This document shows positions 1-7,845 of a DNA stretch of 64,000 nucleotides, piece after piece. The translations under genes were made by a program, and so were the position numbers. The number at the start of each line of letters is the position of its first letter. Within the stretch, counting starts at the first letter, position 1. The stretch is taken from the NCBI GenBank assembly GCA_017502285.1, contig JAFVVH010000019.1, positions 34,432 to 98,431 of the forward strand. The letters are read 5' to 3'. The stretch comes from Oscillospiraceae bacterium (GTDB lineage Bacteria; Bacillota; Clostridia; Oscillospirales; Oscillospiraceae). The notes beneath the pieces were generated by a model. The model did not search any database. It had not been told where the DNA came from and was given only the letters and a program-made list of their open reading frames with translations.

Positions 1-1575
1 AACGATGCCGACGTGGGCACCGCCAGTGCCGACGACTCTGCGGTTCAGGCCCCCATGCACGCTATGGTGGTTAAGGAAGTCTCCGGCGACCAGGTGACCG
101 TCATGTACCCCGCCTTCAGCCAGCCCCTGTGGTACTTCCAGTGCTCCAAGTGCGAGGTCATCGACATTGACGGCCCCACCTCCGCCGCCCCCAAGTACAC
201 CAAGGCCAACTCCTACTACACCTATCAGGGTGTTAAGACCCACAAGGAGACCCATCCCGACCAGAGCTGTACCGGCTCGTGGAAGGCCATGTACGGCACC
301 ACCTGGCGCACCGAGACTGTCAGCTACGACGCCCTGCTGGGCGAGGGCGATACCAAGGTCCCCTACGGCTGCAATGCCGCCTACCTGCCCTACACTCTGG
401 CCGTTTACGGCAACGGTGCCCCCGCCGTCGACGTGAAGGTTTCCACCTCCGTGGATGCCAACAACATTGTCAGCGGCTTCTCCGCCAAGGTGACCTCCAA
501 CTACCGCATCGTGGCCTTTGACGCTGTGCTGACCTCCGAGACCGGCACCGTCCAGCACTTCGAGAGCCTGGTCACCGACTGGAAGGCATGGAGCTGGGAT
601 TACAGCAACCCCGATTTGGATCTGGCTCTGATGGAGTGCAAGACCGGTGCGTACAATCTGACCCTGAAGGTTAAGGCCGGCAACGACTACGTGGATGCCT
701 ACAGCTTCGACTTCGGTCTGGCCGACGCGGGCATGCGGATTTCCACCGACAAGACCGTGGTCACTCAGGGCGCCGACGTTACCGCCACCCTGACCACTCT
801 GCAGGCGGGCTACACCGGCATTAAGGCCACCGTGTCCTACGATTCCAAGCGTTTCTCCTTCGATGCCAAGAAGACCACCGGTTCCAACGTAACCTTCGCC
901 GATGACGGCAAGGGCATTGTCACCGTTCGTTACGATGGCGCCGCTCTGACTGCCAACGCCACCGTGGCCAAGCTGTGCTTCACCGCTGTCTCCGGCGGCG
1001 GCTACCCCGTGACCGAGGGCGTGACCCCCATCAAAATCATGTCCCTTTCCACCTCTAAGACCCCCGGCGCCACCGACGCACAGCTGGTGGGCGACCGTGC
1101 CGAAGGCTCCGGCCTGGTGACCCTGGGCTTCACCGCTGTGGTTCACAAGAACTACGCCGCCGGCAAGGACCTGATCGTGGTCTTCCTGAAGGACGACAGC
1201 CTGGTGAAGAAGACACAGGCCGCCCTGCTCTATGACGGCAAGCCCATGTTCGAGATCACCACCTCCAACTACAACATCAAGGGCGACCGCTTCTTCTGTA
1301 TCTTCGGTTACATCACCGAGAATGCCGATCCCGCTCTGGTGACCAAGGACACCAGCAGCGGTGCCACGATGTGCACCGAGATCGAGTACACCAACAACGT
1401 GAATGTCATCGGCTCTATTGTGGACATCAACGATGCCCAGACCATCGCCAATATCTACAATGGCAAGCTGCCTCTGGAGGGCAACGAGACCCTCTGGTTC
1501 CGTGCCGACATCAACCGTGACGGCAAGGTGGACATCAAGGACCGCAACGAGCTGATGAGCTCCCTGAACAAGTAA
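1..1575 (+). CDS. 5'-truncated surface protein: CHAP-like His strand, SNYR beta-domain, cohesin-like domain, linker module, C-terminal dockerin
   Basis: Frame open from base 1. Cohesin-like pattern (GADVTATL...IKATVSYDSKRFSF...VAKLCFTA). C-terminal duplicated Ca-loop/helix NVNVIGSIVDINDAQ ... ADINRDGKVDIKD. Confidence 0.7.
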   Translation, partial: NDADVGTASADDSAVQAPMHAMVVKEVSGDQVTVMYPAFSQPLWYFQCSKCEVIDIDGPTSAAPKYTKANSYYTYQGVKTHKETHPDQSCTGSWKAMYGTTWRTETVSYDALLGEGDTKVPYGCNAAYLPYTLAVYGNGAPAVDVKVSTSVDANNIVSGFSAKVTSNYRIVAFDAVLTSETGTVQHFESLVTDWKAWSWDYSNPDLDLALMECKTGAYNLTLKVKAGNDYVDAYSFDFGLADAGMRISTDKTVVTQGADVTATLTTLQAGYTGIKATVSYDSKRFSFDAKKTTGSNVTFADDGKGIVTVRYDGAALTANATVAKLCFTAVSGGGYPVTEGVTPIKIMSLSTSKTPGATDAQLVGDRAEGSGLVTLGFTAVVHKNYAAGKDLIVVFLKDDSLVKKTQAALLYDGKPMFEITTSNYNIKGDRFFCIFGYITENADPALVTKDTSSGATMCTEIEYTNNVNVIGSIVDINDAQTIANIYNGKLPLEGNETLWFRADINRDGKVDIKDRNELMSSLNK

Positions 1576-1593
1576 GAAGGAGGCGTGAGAACT

Positions 1594-4515
1594 ATGAAAA
1601 TGAAGCTTTTTTCCCGCGTGACCGCCGTCGTTCTGACGCTGGCCATGCTGATTCCCTGCCTGATGATCGCTCCCGCCTCCGCGGCCGAGACCGATCCCGC
1701 CGTGACCAACCTGTACCACTACAAAGCCACCGGCGGCGGTGATGCTTCCCGCGACACGTTCAAGAACGAGCAGTTCCCCAACAACATCGTGGATGGCTAT
1801 GACGGCAAGTCCAGCGAGCAGTGGCGCATCTTCCGGCAGTACTCTTATACCCATTTTGGTGTAGATGGCCCCCAGAAGCTCGCCTTCCAGGGTATGCAGC
1901 TGGCCAACAGCCCCTCTTGGAACTCCGTCACCAGCACCAAATACTCCGGCCGCCCCGTTGAGATTTTAAATAACAACGGCAAGGCCGCCCGTATTCTGGA
2001 CAACATTTGGTTCGATCTGGGCGAGGTGGATTATCCCATCATCACCCGCGGCATGGGCGCCCTGAACATCTCCTTCCTGTACTTCGGCGCAGCCAAGAGT
2101 CTGGGCTCCACCGATCAGTTGAAAGTTTACGTCTCTCTGGACGGAGAGACCTTCCTGGAAGACACTGTGGGCATCCGCTCCGAGAAGTTCCTGGGTGCGG
2201 TCACCTCCAGCACCGGCTCCACCGTCAAGTACCTCTATCGACTGGAGACCGAGAACCTGTTGGACATCGAGGGTCTGGACGACAATGCCCGCATCATGAA
2301 GATCCGTGTCCGCCCCTATGCCAAGGACTCCACCTACGCTCAGGAACTCGGCTTCCGCACTCTGGACCTGAACGCCTACGCCACCGTGGCCGACTTTGAC
2401 CGTCTGGTTCCCGCCGATGTGCGCGAGTACGTCCATGTGGGCGAGGACACCATGCGTCAGATCGTGGTGGAAGAGGGTCAGCGCACCGCCAGTGTGCCCT
2501 GGCGCACCGATTCCGAGGTACATACTGTCACCGGCTCCAACCACATCCAGCACATGCCCGGCATTGAGTACCGCGGCTCCGCCTACGGCCGTGACATCGA
2601 CTCCAGCCGCGAGCTGCTTGAGTCCGGCATCGTCAACGGCAAGTGGATGGGCGGCAACAACCAGGACAACTTCTATACCATGGACTGCCAGACCTTCGTG
2701 TACAACGCCGCCTGCCGTGTCTCCCGCACTCAGGCCTACGCCTGCCAGTACACCTTCGGCACCGCCGGTATCTCCATTCTGGGCAAGGAGTTCCTGGATC
2801 TGCCCGAGGTGGTCTGCTTCTCCAACTACGACGTGATCCGCCGCAACACCCAGCAGGACATGTTCAAGTCCTACACCCTGGCCAAGCCCGGCGACCACGA
2901 AGTCACCTACTGCACCAACTATGACGGCCAAAGCACCAGCGGCTCCCACGTGCGTATCGTGGTGGAGAACCATCCCTTCTACAACGATGACGGCACCATC
3001 GACGGTGCCAAGAGCTACGTCCTCTCCACCGAGCAGGGCATGTTCGCCGAGTACGAGGTGGAACTGGCCGACGGCACCCGCACCACCTACGAGGCCACCG
3101 GCTCCACCGGCTGGTCCAAGCTCCAGAGCTGGCTGAAGGCGCGTCCCGGAGCCAAGGTGCTGTACGGCCACTCTGCCCATACCAACTCCAAGCAGAGCTA
3201 CAACGCCCTGTACAACGGCAACTACGTGCTGTGCACCAGCGAGTTCTTCAAGTCCGGCGACATCGAGCTGCAGAGGGTGCAGGCCGTCTTCGCCCCCAAG
3301 ACCGAGGGCAAGAGCATCCAGGACGGCGGCGTGGTCGTTTCTGCCGTGTCCAACTACCGCATGGTGGCCTATGGCTTGAAGCTGGAGGACCTGTCCACCG
3401 GCGATGTGCTGTACGACAACTTCGCCATCCGCGTCGGCAATAACTCCACCTTTGGCGTGACCTACCGCACCGAAACCCAGCTGGACGACCTGCTCATGTC
3501 CCTGTCCAACGGCAGCTACCGCCTGTCTCTGACCACCCACTCCGGCCCCCTGACCGCCCTCGGCCAGTCTCAGGTGCCCATCAACGTGGACTCCTATGAC
3601 TTCACCATCACTGACCGCGCTCCCGCCGCTCAGGTCACTCTGAACGCTCCCGAGTCCGCCTCCAAGGGCGAGACCGTGGAAGTAGCCGTCAATGTCGGCG
3701 CCGCCATTGATGCCGCCGACGTAGAAGTGAAGTTCGACACTGACGCTCTGACCTTCGTCAGCGCCACCCAGTCTGACAACATCATCGTCACCCGCAACAA
3801 CGGTCTGGTGAACATCCTGGCCGTGGATGCAGGCCTTTCCGCTGGTAACACCCTGATCAAGCTGGCCTTCACCGCCAACGCCGACATCGCCAAGCTGGCT
3901 GATGCCATCCAGATCAAGAGTGCCATGATTTCCACCGCCGAGGCCGCCAACACCACCGACGCGGTCAAGGCAACCGACGGCACTGATGTTTGCCCCTCCA
4001 TCAACTTTAACGACGTGAGCAACGGTGCCTGGTATCACGACGCCGTGGATTACGTTGCGGAGAACAATGTCATGAGCGGCTTCGGTGGCGGCCGGTTCGG
4101 CCCCGACGAAAAGCTCAACCGCGCCCAGGTGGTGCAGGTGCTCTACAACTACGAGGGTCAGCCCGCCGAGGCAACTGCCAACAAATTCCCCGACATCAAG
4201 AACGGCGACTGGTACTTCAACGCCACCCGCTGGGGCGCCAATAAGGGCGTCGTCACCGGCTACGGCGACGGCAGCTTCAAGCCCAACGACAACGTGACCA
4301 TCGAGCAGGTGGCCGTCATCCTGCACAACTACGCCGGCAAGCCTGCTGCCACCGGCGACCTGTCCTCCGTGGGCAAGTACGATGACTGGGCCGCCAATGG
4401 CCTGCAGTGGGCTGTGGCCAACGGCGTGCTGAAGAACGTGCCCTTCACCAACGCCACCGAGAACGCCACTCGCGCCCAGACTGCTCAGATGCTGATGAAC
4501 TTCCTGAGCAAGTAA
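1594..4515 (+). CDS. Secreted SLH-anchored protein with beta-sandwich, papain-like (CHAP/NlpC-P60-like) domain, cohesin-like domain and 3 C-terminal SLH repeats
   Basis: SD AGGAGG 1578-1583, ATG 1594; signal peptide ending APASA; DC...KPGD...HVRIV...EQ motifs; cohesin-like GETVEVAVNV...VKFDTDALTFVS...IKLAFTA; SLH motifs FNDV..W, GYGDGSFKPN, TRAQ. Confidence 0.8.
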   Translation: MKMKLFSRVTAVVLTLAMLIPCLMIAPASAAETDPAVTNLYHYKATGGGDASRDTFKNEQFPNNIVDGYDGKSSEQWRIFRQYSYTHFGVDGPQKLAFQGMQLANSPSWNSVTSTKYSGRPVEILNNNGKAARILDNIWFDLGEVDYPIITRGMGALNISFLYFGAAKSLGSTDQLKVYVSLDGETFLEDTVGIRSEKFLGAVTSSTGSTVKYLYRLETENLLDIEGLDDNARIMKIRVRPYAKDSTYAQELGFRTLDLNAYATVADFDRLVPADVREYVHVGEDTMRQIVVEEGQRTASVPWRTDSEVHTVTGSNHIQHMPGIEYRGSAYGRDIDSSRELLESGIVNGKWMGGNNQDNFYTMDCQTFVYNAACRVSRTQAYACQYTFGTAGISILGKEFLDLPEVVCFSNYDVIRRNTQQDMFKSYTLAKPGDHEVTYCTNYDGQSTSGSHVRIVVENHPFYNDDGTIDGAKSYVLSTEQGMFAEYEVELADGTRTTYEATGSTGWSKLQSWLKARPGAKVLYGHSAHTNSKQSYNALYNGNYVLCTSEFFKSGDIELQRVQAVFAPKTEGKSIQDGGVVVSAVSNYRMVAYGLKLEDLSTGDVLYDNFAIRVGNNSTFGVTYRTETQLDDLLMSLSNGSYRLSLTTHSGPLTALGQSQVPINVDSYDFTITDRAPAAQVTLNAPESASKGETVEVAVNVGAAIDAADVEVKFDTDALTFVSATQSDNIIVTRNNGLVNILAVDAGLSAGNTLIKLAFTANADIAKLADAIQIKSAMISTAEAANTTDAVKATDGTDVCPSINFNDVSNGAWYHDAVDYVAENNVMSGFGGGRFGPDEKLNRAQVVQVLYNYEGQPAEATANKFPDIKNGDWYFNATRWGANKGVVTGYGDGSFKPNDNVTIEQVAVILHNYAGKPAATGDLSSVGKYDDWAANGLQWAVANGVLKNVPFTNATENATRAQTAQMLMNFLSK

Positions 4516-4570
4516 ATTCCATCACAGTCATTAGGTTGCAGGCTTCGCCTCCCAAAACTTGATGACACTA

Positions 4571-4612
4571 CCCGGAGGGAGCTGCCGAAAGGCAGTTCCC
4601 TCCGGGCTTTTA
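4571..4612 (+). terminator. Intrinsic terminator
   Basis: CCCGGAGGGAGCTGCC-GAAA-GGCAGTTCCCTCCGGG followed by CTTTT. Confidence 0.85.
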
Positions 4613-4706
4613 TCTGTTGCATGCCCTCCTTTCAGGGATGCAAATTTCCAAACAATCTGCTATAATAACTTCGTTAACGTTTTCTGACCAAAAGGGAGTT
4701 CTTGCC

Positions 4707-6080
4707 ATGTCTGCCAAAGCTGCTTTGCGCGATTATCTGGGCACCAAAGACCTGTATAAGCGCATGGCCCGTATCGCCATACCCGTATCCCTGCAGTCCC
4801 TCATCACCGTGGGCATCAACCTGATGGACACCATCATGCTCAGCGGCATGGGTGATGCCCAGCTGTCCGCCTCCTCTCTGGCAGGTCAGTTCATCAATCT
4901 GTTCATGATCTGCTGCATGGGCATTGGTATGGGCGCGTCGGTGCTTACCTCCCGCTACTGGGGCATGCAGGACCTGTACAGCCTGAAAAAGGCTGTGACC
5001 ATCATGCTGCGGCTGGTGCTGTCCTTCGCCGCCCTTTTCACGCTGGCCACCCTGTTGATCCCCCGGCTCATCATGCGCATGTACTCCCCGGACGAGCCGA
5101 TCATTTACTATGGTGTGATCTACCTGCGCTGGCTGCTGCCCACCTACTTCTGCATGGGTCTGTCCCTGACGTGCACCATCGTGCTGCGCTCGGTGGGTCA
5201 GGTGAAGATCCCCCTGTATACTTCCATTGCCGCCTTCTTCGTCAATGTGTTCTTCAACTGGGTATTCATCTTCGGCAAGCTGGGTGCCCCCCGCATGGAG
5301 ATCGCGGGTGCGGCTCTTGGCACCCTGATCGCCCGCATTTTCGAGCTGGCCGCCATCTGCGGTTACTTCTTCTTTGCGGACAAGTGCATGGCCTATCGCA
5401 TCAGGGACGTATTTATGAAGTGCGGTGACATGCTGCGCGAGTATATCCGCATCAGCATCCCGGTGCTGGTCAGCGACTCCCTTCTGGCGCTGGGCAACAA
5501 CGCCGTGTCCATGGTCATGGGGCACATCGGCCAGGCATTTGTTGCGGCAAACTCCGTCACCATGGTCACCCAGCAGCTCAGCAGTGTGCTCACCACCGGT
5601 GTGTCCAATGCCAGCGGCATCATCACCGGTCACACCATGGGCGAGGGTGACTTTGACAAGGCCCAGCGTCAGGGCTATGCCTTCCTGTTCATGAGTTTTG
5701 TCATTGGCTGCTTCGCCGCCCTTGTTATTCTGATCCTGCGTGGACCCATCATCAACTTCTACAAGGTCTCGCCCGAAGCAAAGGCCATCGCGTGGGAGCT
5801 GATGGATGCTATTCTGATCATCGTCATCTTCCAGTCCATGAGTTCCATCCTCACCAAGGGTGTGCTGCGTGCCGGCGGTGACACCAAGTTCCTCATGGCA
5901 GGCGACATCCTGTTTTTGTGGGTCGCCTCCATACCGCTGGGCTATCTGGCCGGACTGGTGTTCCACTGGCCCGCCTTCTGGATCTACACCTTCCTGAAGA
6001 TCGATCAGGTCATCAAATGCGTGTGGTGCTTTTTCCGGCTGAAAAGCGGAAAGTGGATGAAAAAAATCTATTCCGCGTAA
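4707..6080 (+). CDS. MATE family efflux transporter
   Basis: ~12 TM pattern; IAIPVSLQSLI...DTIML, GAALGTLIAR, GVLRAGGDTK; SD AAGGGAG; extended -10 TGCTATAAT at 4658-4666. Confidence 0.9.
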   Translation: MSAKAALRDYLGTKDLYKRMARIAIPVSLQSLITVGINLMDTIMLSGMGDAQLSASSLAGQFINLFMICCMGIGMGASVLTSRYWGMQDLYSLKKAVTIMLRLVLSFAALFTLATLLIPRLIMRMYSPDEPIIYYGVIYLRWLLPTYFCMGLSLTCTIVLRSVGQVKIPLYTSIAAFFVNVFFNWVFIFGKLGAPRMEIAGAALGTLIARIFELAAICGYFFFADKCMAYRIRDVFMKCGDMLREYIRISIPVLVSDSLLALGNNAVSMVMGHIGQAFVAANSVTMVTQQLSSVLTTGVSNASGIITGHTMGEGDFDKAQRQGYAFLFMSFVIGCFAALVILILRGPIINFYKVSPEAKAIAWELMDAILIIVIFQSMSSILTKGVLRAGGDTKFLMAGDILFLWVASIPLGYLAGLVFHWPAFWIYTFLKIDQVIKCVWCFFRLKSGKWMKKIYSA

Positions 6081-6082
6081 GC

Positions 6083-6114
6083 AAACGGGTGCTGACAATG
6101 TCAGCACCCGTTTT
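6083..6114 (+). terminator. Intrinsic terminator after MATE gene
   Basis: AAACGGGTGCTGAC-AAT-GTCAGCACCCGTTTT. Confidence 0.75.
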
Positions 6115-6161
6115 GGCATAACCGGGGCTCTCTCCACATAGGATAAGCTCAGGTGATGTGT

Positions 6162-6638
6162 ATGAAAAAATTTAACTGGAAGCCCTATGTCTTTTGGATC
6201 GCCCTTGCGGAAGGAGTGGGTGCGCTGGCCGGGTGGCTTACTCGGGATGGTCTGGATATCTACAAGCAAACCGTGACCCAGCCGCCTCTGTCTCCTCCCC
6301 CCTTCATTTTTCCAATCGTGTGGGCCATCCTCTACGCGCTCATGGGCATCGGCGCGGCCCGGGTATACCTGACCCCCGCCTCCAATGCCCGCTCTCGCGG
6401 GCTGCTGTTGTGGCTGGTGCAGCTGGCCTTCAACTTCCTGTGGAGCATCGTGTTTTTCAATTTGCAGGCCTATGCCTTTGCCTTCTTCTGGCTGATCGCC
6501 CTGTGGCTGCTCATCCTATGGATGACGATAAGCTTTTATCAGGTGGACAAAACTGCTGCCCTGCTCCAGATCCCCTATCTTTTGTGGGTGGCCTTCGCCG
6601 GCTATCTCACCTTTGGGGTGTGGATGTTAAATCGCTAA
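6162..6638 (+). CDS. tspO: TspO/MBR tryptophan-rich sensory protein
   Basis: PPLSPPPFIFPIVWAILYALMG, QLAFNFLWSIVFF, LQIPYLLWVAFA motifs. Confidence 0.9.
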   Translation: MKKFNWKPYVFWIALAEGVGALAGWLTRDGLDIYKQTVTQPPLSPPPFIFPIVWAILYALMGIGAARVYLTPASNARSRGLLLWLVQLAFNFLWSIVFFNLQAYAFAFFWLIALWLLILWMTISFYQVDKTAALLQIPYLLWVAFAGYLTFGVWMLNR

Positions 6639-6673
6639 AAAATGCCCTGCCGACGTCAGCCGGCAGGGCATTT
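6637..6673. terminator. Terminator hairpin between convergent tspO and peptidase genes
   Basis: AAATGCCCTGCCG / CGGCAGGGCATTT inverted repeat with flanking A/T tracts. Confidence 0.75.
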
Positions 6674-6674
6674 A

Positions 6675-7778
6675 TCAGGCTTTGATCAGTTCCAGCACCA
6701 TGGCAGCGGTACTCTCCAGATCGGCCACGGCGATCTGCTCGGAGGTAGTATGCACCTTGTCCATTCCGGTGCCCACCACAACAGCTTCGATGCCGTTCTG
6801 GCACATATTGTTGGCATCGCTTCCGCCGCCACTGGGCTTGAGGGTGGGGGTCAGTCCGGCGGCCGTCATGGCTGCCGCCACCCGGCGGATGACAGGCGCA
6901 TCCTCTTGATGCTTGAAGGCATCATAGGCCTTGGTGCGCTCGATTTCCAGCGTGGCGCCGTACTTCTCACAGGCGGCGCGCAGACAAGCCTCCATATGCT
7001 CGGCCTGCTCCTCCAGTTTGGCTGCGTCACGGCTGCGGCACTCTGCGCTCATGGTAGCCCGCTCGGCCACAATGTTGGTGGGGTAGTCGGCATGGATGGA
7101 GCCGATATTGGCGGTGGTCTCCGGGTCAATGCGCAGCAGCTTCATATTGGAAATGGCTTCCGCCAGCACCTGAATGGCGCTGACACCCTGCTCAGGCGCT
7201 ACACCAGCGTGAGCTTTGCGGCCTACCACCGTGGCCTCGATCTTGTATTGGCCGGGACCGCTGGTAACGATGACACCGGGGGTCCCGGTATCCAGCGCAA
7301 CGGCCTGCCCGCCCACCAGCTTGTCGTACTCCAGATACTTGGAGCCGCACAGCCCAACCTCCTCACACACGGTAAACACCGCCTGAACGGTGGGGTGAGG
7401 AATGTTCTGCTCTGTCACCACACGCATAGCCTCCACTATGGCGACCACACCGGACTTGTCGTCCGATCCCAGCACCGTGTCACCCTTGCTGCGGATGATA
7501 CCGCCCTCCAGCACGGGTTCCACACCCACACCGGGGACCACGGTGTCCAGATGGGCGCTGAGCACGACAGGCTCGCCGGGAGCATTGCCGGGCAGGGTGG
7601 CATAGATGTTGCCCGTGTTGCTTCCGGTTTTGTCCATGGTGTTGTCCACGTAGATCTGGCAGCCAATGGTGGTCAGGTCGTCAGTCAGTCGGCGGGCCAT
7701 AGCCGCCTCGTCCCGGCTCTCACTATCAATGCGCACGTAGTCCAGAAAAGTGTTCAGCAGGCGTTCCTTGTTGATCAT
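6675..7778 (-). CDS. M20 family metallopeptidase (PepT-like)
   Basis: SAHLDTV, GSDDKSG, CEEVG, GRKAHAG, GGGSDAN, VHTTSE metal-binding motifs; SD AAAGGAAG before ATG 7778. Confidence 0.9.
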   Translation of the reverse strand: MINKERLLNTFLDYVRIDSESRDEAAMARRLTDDLTTIGCQIYVDNTMDKTGSNTGNIYATLPGNAPGEPVVLSAHLDTVVPGVGVEPVLEGGIIRSKGDTVLGSDDKSGVVAIVEAMRVVTEQNIPHPTVQAVFTVCEEVGLCGSKYLEYDKLVGGQAVALDTGTPGVIVTSGPGQYKIEATVVGRKAHAGVAPEQGVSAIQVLAEAISNMKLLRIDPETTANIGSIHADYPTNIVAERATMSAECRSRDAAKLEEQAEHMEACLRAACEKYGATLEIERTKAYDAFKHQEDAPVIRRVAAAMTAAGLTPTLKPSGGGSDANNMCQNGIEAVVVGTGMDKVHTTSEQIAVADLESTAAMVLELIKA

Positions 7779-7845
7779 AGAATACACTTCCTTTTCAGAA
7801 TGTTACCGCCGGGCGCAACGCGCCCGGCGGTGTGTAGGGATAAAA

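Noticed and set aside
1966-4326. 786-aa minus-strand ORF
   Set aside because: Antisense shadow of the SLH protein gene; V/G/A/H-rich composition from strong GC3 bias, no motifs
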